Below are positions 1-9,625 of a stretch of DNA of 64,000 nt, piece after piece. Origin of the DNA: Acidimicrobiia bacterium (GTDB lineage: Bacteria; Actinomycetota; Acidimicrobiia; Spongiisociales; UBA11373); the NCBI GenBank assembly GCA_030584185.1, contig CP129495.1, forward strand, positions 1,469,469 to 1,533,468. Reading direction: 5' to 3'. The stretch's first letter is position 1, and the number at the start of each line of letters is the position of its first letter. The position numbers were made by a program, and so were the translations under genes. Under the pieces are notes generated by a model, which worked only from the letters and a program-made list of their open reading frames with translations, was not told the DNA's origin and ran no database searches.

Positions 1-183
1 ATTCCGGCGGCGTGCAGTGCCTCGACGAGGCGGGGCAGCTCGCGTGACACGCGTCCGTTCCCGGCCCGGGGGTTGACCACGAGGGTGAGCGAAGGCACGG
101 CGGGAGGCTACTCAGGGATCGCTACAGGAGCCCGCCAGACCCGCCGACAAGATCCCTGGCGAATACTGAGAGAAGGGGACCTC

Positions 184-2736
184 ATGTCCACCCGTCGGGC
201 GGCGCGCATGCGTCGCCGCGTGACATGGTTCGGGACGCTCATGGCAGTGATGGTGGCGGTGGCGATCCCGCTCTACCTGCTGGGAGCGTCGCGCGCCGTC
301 CCCGTGCCGGCACACGCCCTCGCCTGGTGGGCGGTCGCCGTCGGGTTCCTCGCCACCGAGGTGTTCGTCATCCATCTCGACGTGCGCCGCGACTCCCACA
401 CCTCGTCCCTGTCCGAGATCCCCCTCCTGCTCGGCCTCGCACTCGCCTCCCCGGAGGCTCTGATCGTCGGAAGGCTGCTCGGTGCCGGGACCGCCCTGGT
501 GCTGCATCGGGGGTCGCGCGGCGTGAAGCTCGCCTTCAACATGGCTCTCTTCTACCTGGAGACCTCGGCGGCCCTGTTCGTGTACCGGACGCTCCTCGCC
601 GATCGGCCGCAGGCATCCCTGGGTGGACTCGCCGTCGGGGCCCTCGCCCTGGTGGTGGCCCTTATCCTCGGTGCGGTGCTGGTGAGCCTGGCCATCGTGC
701 TCAACCAGCCGGGTCGACCCCTCGGAAGCGTGTTGCGCTCGATGGCCGCCGGCCTCGCCATCTCCACGGGCTCCACCGCCCTCGCCGTCGGTGGGCTGGC
801 CCTCTACGCCATGGAGCCGTTGTCGCTGGTGGCCGTGGCCGCACTCGCCGCCGTGCTCCAGGGCTCGCTGCGCCTGTACGGATCGCTCAACACACGCTAC
901 GAGAACCTGGAGGCCGCCTTCGAGTTCACCTCGGCGATCGACGGTGCGGTGGACACCGAGGAGCTGGTCGACTCGACCCTGACCAGCGTCAAGGACCTGT
1001 TCGATGCCGAGTACGCCGAGGTCGTGTTGTCGCGAGGCGTCGGGTCCACCGTCACCACCCGTCCGGTGGAGGGGCCCGATCGTCTACACCCGGCCCCTCC
1101 TGCGGTGCTGGCGGCACTCTCCCAGTGCCTGGCCGCCGGCCACACGTCGTTCCTGCTCTCAGACGCACCCGAGGCGCTGGCCGACCACTATCGGGCCGAG
1201 GGCATCGAAGACGCCATGTTCGTCTGCCTCGAGGGCGGGGGAGGGACCGCCACCCTGATCGTCGTGGGGAACCCGCGCGGAGCCGATTTCACCCGCGGCG
1301 AGATCGAGCTGCTAGAGACGCTGGCCCGGGAGGCCCGGGTCTCCTTCGAACGGGGGCGCCTCGTCGACCGGCTCCGTCGCGAGGTGGGGCAGAAGGAGTA
1401 CCAGGCCCTGCACGACGCCCTCACGGGGCTCCCCAACCGGCTCCATTTCAACATCGCCGTCGAGGAGGCCGTGCGGCGTGCCCGCCAGGACTCGACCCGG
1501 GTGGCGGTGCTCCTCATCGACCTGGATCGGTTCAAGGAGGTCAACGACACCCTGGGTCATCAGCGCGGCGACTCCCTGCTCCAGGACATCGCCATGCGAC
1601 TCTCGGAGGCGGTGGGTGGCGAGGAGTACGTGGCTCGCCTTGGTGGAGACGAGTTCGGGATCGTCCTGCGCGAGGTGGACGGAGTTCTCGAGGCATCGGA
1701 GTGGGCCCGCAAGATCGGCGACCTGGTGCAGCGGCCGTTCCTCAGCGAGGGTCTCTCGATCCAGGTGACCGGCAGCATCGGTATCGCCCTCGCCCCGGAG
1801 CACGGCTCCGACGGCGCCACCTTGTTGCGGCGCGCCGACGTCGCCATGTACGAGGCCAAGTCGGGTGGCTCCACCTTCGAGGTCTACGACCCGCATTCAG
1901 ACGGATACAGCACCCGGCGGCTCGCCCTGGCCGGGGAGCTGCGCCACGCCATCGAGTCGGGTGAGCTCGCCGTCCACTACCAGCCGAAGGCGTCCCTCGC
2001 CGACGGCGCCGTGACCGGGGTCGAGGCACTGGCCAGGTGGCACCACCCCCGCCACGGGATCGTGACCCCCGACGAGTTCATCGTGCTCGCTCAGCGCACC
2101 GGTCTGATCCGCCGCCTCACCGAGCACGTGTTGAGGGCGGCGCTGCGTGACATGTCCCGTCTGCGCGGCGCCGGGCACGAACTGTCGGTGGCGGTCAACA
2201 TCGCCGCCTCGTCGCTCAACGACCCCGAGTTCCCCGACCTGATCGTCCGTCTGCTCGACGAGTATCACACCAGTCCCGACCTGCTCGTCCTGGAGGTGAC
2301 CGAGTCGACGATGATGGCCGACTCGGCCCGTGCCCGCTTGGTACTCGCCGCACTCGACGAGGTGGGGGTGGGCCTGGCCATCGACGACTATGGCACCGGC
2401 TACTCGTCGCTCTCCTACCTGAGCCGCCTGCCCGTCGATCAGGTCAAGGTGGATCGGTCCTTCGTGATGGACATGGCGGTCGACGAGCGTCTCGCCAAGA
2501 TCGTCACCTCAACCGTCGCTCTCGTCCACAGCCTCGGCATGGAGGTGGTGGCGGAAGGGGTGGAGAACGGTGCCGTCTGGGACCTGCTGCGGGAGGCGGG
2601 ATGCGACCAGACCCAGGGCTTCTACGTGGCCCACCCCATGGGCCTGGCCGACCTCACCACCTGGCTCTCCTCCGGAATGCAGTTCCATGGCGAGTCCGGC
2701 CGGTACGTGGTCCCCGAGGCGTCATCCGATCGGTGA
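184..2736 (+). CDS. Membrane-anchored diguanylate cyclase/phosphodiesterase (GGDEF + EAL) with an N-terminal multi-TM sensor region
   Basis: The translation has a GGDEF-type segment (LIDLDRFKEVNDTLGHQRGD...RLGGDEFGIV) followed by an EAL domain (ELAVHYQPK...EVTESTMM...IDDYGTGYSSLSYL). The N-terminal ~250 aa is hydrophobic. I chose the ATG at 184 (MSTRRAARMRRR...) over the ORF-track start at 73. Confidence 0.85.
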   Translation: MSTRRAARMRRRVTWFGTLMAVMVAVAIPLYLLGASRAVPVPAHALAWWAVAVGFLATEVFVIHLDVRRDSHTSSLSEIPLLLGLALASPEALIVGRLLGAGTALVLHRGSRGVKLAFNMALFYLETSAALFVYRTLLADRPQASLGGLAVGALALVVALILGAVLVSLAIVLNQPGRPLGSVLRSMAAGLAISTGSTALAVGGLALYAMEPLSLVAVAALAAVLQGSLRLYGSLNTRYENLEAAFEFTSAIDGAVDTEELVDSTLTSVKDLFDAEYAEVVLSRGVGSTVTTRPVEGPDRLHPAPPAVLAALSQCLAAGHTSFLLSDAPEALADHYRAEGIEDAMFVCLEGGGGTATLIVVGNPRGADFTRGEIELLETLAREARVSFERGRLVDRLRREVGQKEYQALHDALTGLPNRLHFNIAVEEAVRRARQDSTRVAVLLIDLDRFKEVNDTLGHQRGDSLLQDIAMRLSEAVGGEEYVARLGGDEFGIVLREVDGVLEASEWARKIGDLVQRPFLSEGLSIQVTGSIGIALAPEHGSDGATLLRRADVAMYEAKSGGSTFEVYDPHSDGYSTRRLALAGELRHAIESGELAVHYQPKASLADGAVTGVEALARWHHPRHGIVTPDEFIVLAQRTGLIRRLTEHVLRAALRDMSRLRGAGHELSVAVNIAASSLNDPEFPDLIVRLLDEYHTSPDLLVLEVTESTMMADSARARLVLAALDEVGVGLAIDDYGTGYSSLSYLSRLPVDQVKVDRSFVMDMAVDERLAKIVTSTVALVHSLGMEVVAEGVENGAVWDLLREAGCDQTQGFYVAHPMGLADLTTWLSSGMQFHGESGRYVVPEASSDR

Positions 2737-3015
2737 CTAGTCCGAAGTGACCATCGGCCGGATGGCACTTCAGGATCCGGGGCGAAGGGTCGATCACATC
2801 AGAGCCACATGGACACGATCCACTCCCACTCGACATCGATGCAGAGGGGACGCTCACAGGGCCCCGGCTCCCACCGGGATCAAGCCCAGAGCAGTTCCTG
2901 GACCTGATTTTCGATCTTCGATCGTGCCTTTCCGTCACGGGCCCTCCGGGGCCCGTGACTCGTTTCCGCCCCCATTTGCCCTGAAGGTGGCGTCCGGGGG
3001 CGCCGATGGATCGAA

Positions 3016-3654
3016 ATGCAGCGGACCTGGCATCATCATGGAAGGCATCTCACCGGGCTCGGTGTCGCCGGCGCCATCACCTGGTGGGCGTTCGGGCTGC
3101 AGCGCCCGGTGCCGTTCCTCGACTGGTTCGACCTGGCGGTTCACGAGGCAGGGCACATGCTGGCCATGCCCCTTCCCAGGATCGCCATGTTCATGGCGGG
3201 GTCCTTCCTCCAGGTCGCCCTGCCGCTGGCGTTCGCCTGGTACTTCGGTGTGGCGCGTCGCGACCGGCTCGCCGGTGGGTTCTGCCTCGCCTGGGCGGGA
3301 ACCTCGGCGTGGGACGTCTCGGTGTACGCCGGCGACGCCGTAACCATGCGCCTCCCACTGGTCGGGGGCGGGGAGCACGACTGGGCGTACATCCTCGGCC
3401 ACTTCGACGCCCTGCACCTCACCGACCGTGTCGCCGCAGGCATCAGATGGGGCGGCCTGGCGATCTCCATGCTGGGCCTGGCGGTGATCCTCTGGAGCTG
3501 GTTACGGGAGGTTCGGCAGGCCGAGGCCGGGTCCCGGGTCCCGGACCGGAGCCAGCCTTTCGACTCAGGCGTCGAGGATCCGTGGCTGGCGGCGGCGAGC
3601 CTGCCCTTCCATCACGATCGGAGCCGGACTCAGTCGGGTTCTTCGGTGGGCTGA
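3016..3654 (+). CDS. Hypothetical integral membrane protein with an HExxH (HEAGH) motif, possibly a membrane zinc metalloprotease-like protein
   Basis: It is a 212-aa ORF with several hydrophobic segments and a DLAVHEAGHMLAM motif (HExGH, as in M50-type membrane metalloproteases). I see no other recognisable domain. Confidence 0.45.
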   Translation: MQRTWHHHGRHLTGLGVAGAITWWAFGLQRPVPFLDWFDLAVHEAGHMLAMPLPRIAMFMAGSFLQVALPLAFAWYFGVARRDRLAGGFCLAWAGTSAWDVSVYAGDAVTMRLPLVGGGEHDWAYILGHFDALHLTDRVAAGIRWGGLAISMLGLAVILWSWLREVRQAEAGSRVPDRSQPFDSGVEDPWLAAASLPFHHDRSRTQSGSSVG

Positions 3655-3857
3655 GGCGCCGGCCCGGCGTCGTCGGATGGTGGCTCCGGGGATGCCTTTC
3701 GCCCTCCGAGCAGGATCGCCAGGCCGACGGCCACCAGAGCGACCGGCCACAGCCGCTCGATGCGGATCGTCCACACATCGAGTGCGTCGAGCAGGAAGGC
3801 GGTGCCGATCACGATGAAGAGCAGGCCGCTGATCAGCGCATCCAGGTGCCGCTTCAT
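3630..3857 (-). CDS. Small membrane protein (75 aa), last gene of the PspC/LiaF-like module
   Basis: It has two hydrophobic helices and its start overlaps the stop of the upstream LiaF-like gene by 4 nt, which suggests translational coupling. Confidence 0.4.
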   Translation of the reverse strand: MKRHLDALISGLLFIVIGTAFLLDALDVWTIRIERLWPVALVAVGLAILLGGRKASPEPPSDDAGPAPQPTEEPD

Positions 3858-4453
3858 CCGGTTCGCACCTCCACCTTGCCGATCACTATGCGGGCGTCGA
3901 TCTTGAACTCCGGATTCGGGGGCGTTTCGACGACCTCGGGGGAGAATCCCGCCGAGGAGCGCCCGAGCACTAGGACGTCACCGATGCCGGCGGTGCCGCG
4001 CACCTCGACCACCGCCCCCTCGGGCACGACGACGACCAATTCCCCCATCACCAGGGACACCTCGATCACCTCGGGGAACTCGGTGGTCCCGGTGAGGTCG
4101 ATCACCATCTTGCCCACTCCCCAGCGGTACTCGGTGGCCGCTTCGGTCGGAGCCTCGTTTCGCTCCCCGATCCCTCCGGCAAGAGGCACCTCGGCGATCA
4201 CCTCGATGGCCGCCGAGAGCAACACCAAAATCGTGAGCACCACTCCAAAGCTGATCAGGCCGCCGTGGCGGCCGCTGGAAGATCCGAGCACCAGTGCCAA
4301 CCCCACGAGGATGAGGGCTGCCGGGAGGATCACCCCCCAGGAGACGTCGACGTCGGTGTACGCCTCGACCAGCCACATGCCGCCGATGGCCACCAGGAGC
4401 ACACCGGTGACGATCCGGCCCATGCGGCGATCGGTGTTGCCCGGGTGGGTCAT
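3854..4453 (-). CDS. LiaF-like / DUF2154-type protein: N-terminal TM helices followed by a beta-rich C-terminal domain
   Basis: The ORF runs 3854..4537 on the minus strand. I chose the internal start MTHPGNTDRR at 4453, which forms an ATGA overlap with the PspC-domain gene stop. The first ~90 aa are hydrophobic and the C-terminal repetitive V/E-rich domain is typical of proteins found downstream of PspC or LiaI. Confidence 0.55.
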   Translation of the reverse strand: MTHPGNTDRRMGRIVTGVLLVAIGGMWLVEAYTDVDVSWGVILPAALILVGLALVLGSSSGRHGGLISFGVVLTILVLLSAAIEVIAEVPLAGGIGERNEAPTEAATEYRWGVGKMVIDLTGTTEFPEVIEVSLVMGELVVVVPEGAVVEVRGTAGIGDVLVLGRSSAGFSPEVVETPPNPEFKIDARIVIGKVEVRTG

Positions 4454-4830
4454 CGGCGCATCCCCGTGGTGAGCAGGGCGGCGCCGACGAAGATGAGGAT
4501 CGCCGGTCCGATCAGCCTGCGCAGCGGTGCGACCCATTCCAGCATCGCCATCACCCCGACGGCCACCAGCACCGCCCCGATCACCAGGCGTGGCGTGGTC
4601 AGCCCGGCCGGGCCAGTCGAAGGTCCGGCTTCGTGGCCCTGGGGCTCCTCGGGGATGGCGATCCAGGCGATCACGTAGGCGAGCACGCCGACTCCGGTGA
4701 AGGCGAGGGCGACGAACGCGATGCGGATCAGCACGGGGTCGATGGTCAGGTACTCGCCTAGCCCGCCGGCGACACCGCCGAGCATGCGGTCCTCGGTGCT
4801 TCGGTAGACGCGCCGCAGGTCGGCTGCCAT
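4450..4830 (-). CDS. PspC-domain envelope stress protein
   Basis: The sequence LRRVYRSTEDRMLGGVAGGLGEYLTIDPVLIRIAFVALAF..GVLAYVIAWIAIPEE is a canonical PspC domain, and it is followed by a further TM segment. Confidence 0.8.
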   Translation of the reverse strand: MAADLRRVYRSTEDRMLGGVAGGLGEYLTIDPVLIRIAFVALAFTGVGVLAYVIAWIAIPEEPQGHEAGPSTGPAGLTTPRLVIGAVLVAVGVMAMLEWVAPLRRLIGPAILIFVGAALLTTGMRR

Positions 4831-4869
4831 GTCACCAAGAATAGCGTCGGTGGCCGGACGCTTCCTGGA

Positions 4870-5697
4870 GTGCGGTTCGATGGCGCCGGGCGCCTAGCTT
4901 GGTGTGTCATGGCAGCAAAGATCCGCTCCGGGAACTCGAGGGGATTCGATCCCACCCTCCCTTCGAACCGTTTCGTGCTCGGTGGCTCGGTGGTGGCCGG
5001 GGCGGCCGGAGGGTTCGCCGCCCTCGTCGCCGGGGAGCGTCTCGCCGAGGCGGTCGGGTGGGGTGTGGCCTCGGGAGGCGGGTTCTTCATCGCCTGGGCA
5101 CTCGCCCGCGAGCTGCACCCGGACCGGCCTGGGGTGGCCGCGGTGGCCGCCCTGCTCGGTCCCGTCTTTCTGCTGTTGGATCGCCCCAAGCTTCTGTCCT
5201 CCGGGGTCGTGCTGCTGGTCGCTCGCCTCGTCGCCGGCACAACCGGACGGCGGTTCCAATGGGTGGATGCCCTGGTCCTGCTGGTCCTGGCCGGGCTCTC
5301 GATCGGCACCCCCGTCGGGACGGCGGTCCTGGCGGTTGCAGCAGCGGCGACGGGTGCCACCTGGTTCGGGCCGAGTCGAGGAGGCCCGGTGGCGACCACG
5401 ACGATCGCCCTTGGGCTTCTTGCGGCCTGGTCGGCAGCGGCCGTGGAGGGCGGCCTTGTCTGGGGTCTCGAGGCGATCGATGGGGGAGTTGCGCTCTTCG
5501 GGCTGGCGGCCATCGCCGGGCCGGTGAAGGTCGTCACCGGCACCGACCGCGAGGGAGGCGTCATCCACCCCGGCCGGGTCCGGGCGGCGCGGGTGTTCGC
5601 GGCCGGGACCGTCGCTGCATCCGCGGCGCTCGGCGGCGTCGGTGTGCTGGGGCCGGTGGCCGCCGCCCTGATCGGCACCGCCCTCCGGCCTCGCTGA
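4870..5697 (+). CDS. Hypothetical polytopic membrane protein (Ala/Gly/Leu-rich)
   Basis: It is a 275-aa ORF with at least six hydrophobic stretches and no recognisable motif. The start could be the internal MAAKIR at 4909. Confidence 0.45.
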   Translation: MRFDGAGRLAWCVMAAKIRSGNSRGFDPTLPSNRFVLGGSVVAGAAGGFAALVAGERLAEAVGWGVASGGGFFIAWALARELHPDRPGVAAVAALLGPVFLLLDRPKLLSSGVVLLVARLVAGTTGRRFQWVDALVLLVLAGLSIGTPVGTAVLAVAAAATGATWFGPSRGGPVATTTIALGLLAAWSAAAVEGGLVWGLEAIDGGVALFGLAAIAGPVKVVTGTDREGGVIHPGRVRAARVFAAGTVAASAALGGVGVLGPVAAALIGTALRPR

Positions 5698-5706
5698 ATC
5701 GGCGGA

Positions 5707-6693
5707 TCAGCGGCGGGCGATCCGCTCCCAGTCGCGCAGGGCGAAACGGTCGGTCATCCCCGACACGTAATCGATGGCGGCGGCGGCCGCCCCGGCGTCC
5801 TGGTGGCGGTAGGTGTCGGGGACCTCGTCGGGACGCGCCGAGTAGTGGTCCACCAGGTCGCGGATGACGTCGATGGCGTGACGCCGCTGCTCGTCGGCCT
5901 CAGGGCGCAGGTACACCCGATCGAACATGAAGTCGCGCAGCAGGGTCATCGCCTCCAGGGCCTCGGGGTGCATGGTGACCGTTCCCGCCTCCACCGACGC
6001 CCCCACCACCGCCTCGATCATCACCGCGATCCAGGTCTCCGGCGGCCCAAACGCAGCCACCGCCTCCGCCGGCAGGTCGGAGTAGTCGAGCACCCCGACG
6101 CGCACCGCGTCGTGCACGTCGTGGGTGAGGTAGGCGATGCGGTCGGCGTACCGGCACACCATGCCCTCCTCGGTCTCCGGAGGGGGGTCGATCTTCCATG
6201 AGTGCGCTCGAATGCCGTCGAGGGTCTCGACCGTGAGATTGCACGGCTCCAGGACCTCGAACACCCGAACGCTCTGGGCGGCGTGATGCCACTCCCCGGC
6301 GACGTATGGGGTGAGTGCTTCTTCTCCGATGTGTCCGAAGGGCGAGTGCCCGACGTCGTGTCCCAGGCATATCGCCTCGGTGAGCGGCTCGTTCAGCCCG
6401 AGGTAGGCGGCGATGGAACGACCGATCTGGGTGACCTGCAGGGTGTGGGTGAGGCGGGTGACGAAGTGGTCACCGTCGGGGTTGATGAACACCTGGGTCT
6501 TGTGCTTGAGGCGACGGAACGCCTTGGTGTGCAGGATGCGGTCGCGGTCCCTCTCGAAGGCGGTGCGGTGCCGGTCCGGCTCCTCGGGCAGCCGTCGCCC
6601 GCCGCCCTGCGCCGATCGCGCGGCCCCCGGGGCGAGATGCTCCTGCTCCCACTGCTCGGCGATCTGGCGGGTCCGCCGGATCAGGCGGCTCAA
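5707..6693 (-). CDS. dgt: dGTP triphosphohydrolase-like HD-domain phosphohydrolase (short form)
   Basis: This is the C-terminal third of the 1067-aa artefact ORF 5707..8910. It contains RTAFERDRDRILHTKAFRRLKHKTQVF and the HD motif (ICLGHDVGHSPFGH), which match the dGTPase/Dgt family. No in-frame ATG is present, so I chose TTG at 6693, which overlaps the phnE stop (TTGA). Confidence 0.8.
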   Translation of the reverse strand: MSRLIRRTRQIAEQWEQEHLAPGAARSAQGGGRRLPEEPDRHRTAFERDRDRILHTKAFRRLKHKTQVFINPDGDHFVTRLTHTLQVTQIGRSIAAYLGLNEPLTEAICLGHDVGHSPFGHIGEEALTPYVAGEWHHAAQSVRVFEVLEPCNLTVETLDGIRAHSWKIDPPPETEEGMVCRYADRIAYLTHDVHDAVRVGVLDYSDLPAEAVAAFGPPETWIAVMIEAVVGASVEAGTVTMHPEALEAMTLLRDFMFDRVYLRPEADEQRRHAIDVIRDLVDHYSARPDEVPDTYRHQDAGAAAAAIDYVSGMTDRFALRDWERIARR

Positions 6694-8741
6694 ACGATGC
6701 GCTCCCGGATGCGGGCGGAGACGAAGTCGAGGGTCGACACCACGATGGCGATGGCCAGCATCTGCACCGCAGCCGCCCGGTACTGGAGCAGGTTGATGTT
6801 CTGCTGCAGCAGGAACCCGATGCCCCCTCCGCCGGCGAACCCGATGATCGTGGACATGCGGACGTTGATGTCCCACCGGTAGAGGGTGAAGGCGATGTAG
6901 GGCGGAACGATCTGGGGCACGACGGCGTAGACGATGGTCTGCAGCCGGGTGGCTCCGGTGGCGGTGACCGCCTCGATCGGACCGACCAGGATGCTCTCCA
7001 CCTGCTCCGAATAGAGCTTGGCCAGGGCGGCCGTGGTGTGCAGGGCGAGGGCGATGGAGCCGGCGAACGGTCCGATCCCCACCCAGACCACGAAGACGAT
7101 CGCCATGATCAGGGGTTCCACGGAGCGGATGCCGTTGAACAGCGTGCGCGCCGCGTAGTAGGTCGCCATGCCTGCCGGGAGCTGATCCCACCGTCGGGTG
7201 AGGAACACCCCGACGGCACCGAGCACGGCGCCGAGGAGGGCGGGCGCCCACAGCGTGCCCTCGGCTCCGAACGGCGCCATGGCGGCGTCGGCGGCCATCC
7301 CGAGGACGATTCCGAGGAACAGCCCGACGAGCACCCCGGCGATGCCGACCACGAAGCGGATGGCCGTGGCGAGCGCACCCCATCGATCGGGGATGGCGCT
7401 GCGGCCGAGCCGGCCCACCACGGCGCCGCCGGCGAGGGCGAGCAGGGCGCCGCCGGCGGTGGTGGCACGAGCGTTGGAGGTGGCGTTCAGCTGGTACAGC
7501 CACTGCACCATGGCGCCGATGGCGGCGGCGATCACGGCCACTGCCGCCCCTCCCAGCACCAGGCGCACGATCCCGGCCACCGACGGCCGAAGTCGCTGCC
7601 GGACCAGGTGACCGGTCCGGCTGCCGATCATGGCGAACACCACGCCGGTGGTGACGGCGGCGACGACGGTGAGGAATGTGGTGGTGAGGTCGCCGATCAC
7701 CCGGAAGAACCCGCCGAGGAACCCGAACGCCCCGAGGGCATCCTGCAGGTCGCCCCCCACCTCCAGCAGGAACCGGCCGAAGAACCCGAAGGCGAAGAGC
7801 ATGGCCACGGCCACGGTCATGCCCACACCCCAGCGAATCAGGCGCTCCCGGCGGGTGGGTGGCGCCTCGTCCTCCTCGGGGAGGGTGGCCCGCAGGAGGG
7901 CCCAGGCGGCGGCGGCGATGCCCAGGGCGAGCGCCAGCAGCAGCACCGGTTGGTCGCCAACTGCTTCGACGGAGTCGGTCACCCACCTTCCCAGTTGTCG
8001 TCCGACGAAGATTCCCGTGGGGAGGCCGATGATGAACAGCGCCACCGACGAGAGCGGCGCCTTGATGGTGCGCATCAGGTTGCGCGCCGAGAGGAAGGAG
8101 AGGGGGATCGCCACCGCCGTGCCCACCGTGGTGGCCACCAGGGCGAGCATCAGGGTCTCGATGATCTTGTCCCAGGTCTCGATCGTCGACTTCGACCAGG
8201 TCCAGCCGCCGGTGCGCACCTTGGTGACGAACCGCAGCTCCTGAACGGCGTCGTCGGGACGATCGGGGAGGGTGTAGGTGATCGAGAACGAGCCGGCGTC
8301 GTCGGCGGTGATCGAGGTCGTGTTCAGCCTGACCCCCGAGGGCGGGATGAACGAGAGCTGGCCCGACTGGCCGGGAGGGAAGTTGCCGCCGCGCACCGTC
8401 ACCTCGGACTCGGGCAGAGCACAGGTGGGGAACATCTCGATGAACGGCTCGCCCGCCTGTGGCGCCACCGGCTTGAAGCCGCCCAGGGGGCACGGTGTCA
8501 TCACCTGCACCGTGACCTGCGCCTCCTCGGTCTCGTGGGTGATCAGGTCGGGCCGGGCGAGGCCCCGGATGATGCGGATCAGCTGGGTCTGGCGCTGCTC
8601 GTCCTTGACCTCGGTGAGGTCGACGTCGGTGCGCTCGAAGGCGAAGGCGTAGACCACGACCACGGCGAGGATGGTGAGGACCAGGGTCAAGAAGCGCGTG
8701 ACCGGGTTGGCGTGCTGCTTCTGGCTCTCCTTGTGGGCCAT
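6690..8741 (-). CDS. phnE: Phosphonate-type ABC transporter permease: fused, duplicated PhnE with an N-terminal TM anchor and a ~180-aa extracytoplasmic domain
   Basis: Two PhnE signatures occur about 250 aa apart: ETLMLALVATTVGTAVAIPLSFLSARNLM in the middle of the protein and IAFTLYRWDINVRMSTIIGFAGGGGIGFLLQQ at the C-terminus. At 683 aa it is roughly twice the normal PhnE length, with an extra N-terminal domain. Confidence 0.85.
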   Translation of the reverse strand: MAHKESQKQHANPVTRFLTLVLTILAVVVVYAFAFERTDVDLTEVKDEQRQTQLIRIIRGLARPDLITHETEEAQVTVQVMTPCPLGGFKPVAPQAGEPFIEMFPTCALPESEVTVRGGNFPPGQSGQLSFIPPSGVRLNTTSITADDAGSFSITYTLPDRPDDAVQELRFVTKVRTGGWTWSKSTIETWDKIIETLMLALVATTVGTAVAIPLSFLSARNLMRTIKAPLSSVALFIIGLPTGIFVGRQLGRWVTDSVEAVGDQPVLLLALALGIAAAAWALLRATLPEEDEAPPTRRERLIRWGVGMTVAVAMLFAFGFFGRFLLEVGGDLQDALGAFGFLGGFFRVIGDLTTTFLTVVAAVTTGVVFAMIGSRTGHLVRQRLRPSVAGIVRLVLGGAAVAVIAAAIGAMVQWLYQLNATSNARATTAGGALLALAGGAVVGRLGRSAIPDRWGALATAIRFVVGIAGVLVGLFLGIVLGMAADAAMAPFGAEGTLWAPALLGAVLGAVGVFLTRRWDQLPAGMATYYAARTLFNGIRSVEPLIMAIVFVVWVGIGPFAGSIALALHTTAALAKLYSEQVESILVGPIEAVTATGATRLQTIVYAVVPQIVPPYIAFTLYRWDINVRMSTIIGFAGGGGIGFLLQQNINLLQYRAAAVQMLAIAIVVSTLDFVSARIRERIV

Positions 8742-8743
8742 GC

Positions 8744-9496
8744 TCAGCCCACCCTCTCCGCGTCCTTGCCGTAGATGCTCCTGAAAACCTCGTCGTCCAA
8801 GTCGGCTGGAGCGCCCTCGAACACGATCCGGCCCTCGTTGAGGGCCACCACCCGGTCGGCGTAGCGATGGACCAGGTCGAGGAAGTGGAGGCTGCAGAGC
8901 ACGGTGACATCGTCGCTCTGGTTGATGTCCTCCAGGTACTGCATGATCCCGTGGGCGAGCACCGGGTCGAGCGAGGCCACCGGCTCGTCGGCGAGGATCA
9001 TGCGGGGGTCCTGCATCAGCGCCCGGGCGATGCCCACCCGCTGCTGCTGCCCTCCGGAGAGCTCGTCGGCGCGCGCCGTCGCCTTGTCCTCGAGCCCCAC
9101 CCGGGCCAGCTGTGCATGTGCCTTCTTCAGGTCACTCGCCGGGAACCGGTTGATGAGGCTCATCGCCGGGTTGACGTACCCCAGCCTTCCGGCGAGCACG
9201 TTGGTGATCACCTTGGAGCGGTGCACCAGGTTGAAGTGCTGGAACACCATCCCGATCCGTCGGCGGATGCGGCGCAGGTCCTCCTGGTGGGCCAGGGTGA
9301 TGTCCTCGCCGTTCCACACGATGGTCCCGGCGGTGGGCTCGATCAGCCGGTTGATGCAGCGCAGCAGGGTCGACTTGCCGGAGCCGCTCAGCCCGATGAT
9401 GGCGAGGAACTCGCCCTCCGCCACCTCGAAGGAGATGTCGTCGAGGGCGAGAACGCCGCCCTCGTAGATCTTGGTGAGGTTCTTCACCTCGAGCAT
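8744..9496 (-). CDS. phnC: Phosphonate-type ABC transporter ATP-binding protein
   Basis: It has a Walker A (GLSGSGKST), the LSGGQQQR signature and Walker B (ILADEP). The N-terminus MLEVKNLTKIYEGG is PhnC-like. Its stop lies 3 nt from the phnE start. Confidence 0.9.
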   Translation of the reverse strand: MLEVKNLTKIYEGGVLALDDISFEVAEGEFLAIIGLSGSGKSTLLRCINRLIEPTAGTIVWNGEDITLAHQEDLRRIRRRIGMVFQHFNLVHRSKVITNVLAGRLGYVNPAMSLINRFPASDLKKAHAQLARVGLEDKATARADELSGGQQQRVGIARALMQDPRMILADEPVASLDPVLAHGIMQYLEDINQSDDVTVLCSLHFLDLVHRYADRVVALNEGRIVFEGAPADLDDEVFRSIYGKDAERVG

Positions 9497-9625
9497 CCGG
9501 CCCGGCCCTCCCCCGTAGTGTCGGCTCTTTCTAGCGCATCGGAGTGAGGCACACCTCGCCGACGCCGGGAACGAGGAAGGGGCGGGGCCTTGGGCCCCGC
9601 CCCTTCCTCCTCAGGTCGCTGTCGA

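Noticed and set aside
5707-8910. 1067-aa minus-strand ORF spanning dgt, phnE and part of phnC
   Set aside because: Only its C-terminal ~329 aa (5707..6693) looks like a real protein, the dGTPase. The remainder is an Arg/Pro/Gly-rich translation in a frame that overlaps the genuine phnE/phnC frames. This is a typical high-GC antisense or alternate-frame artefact.
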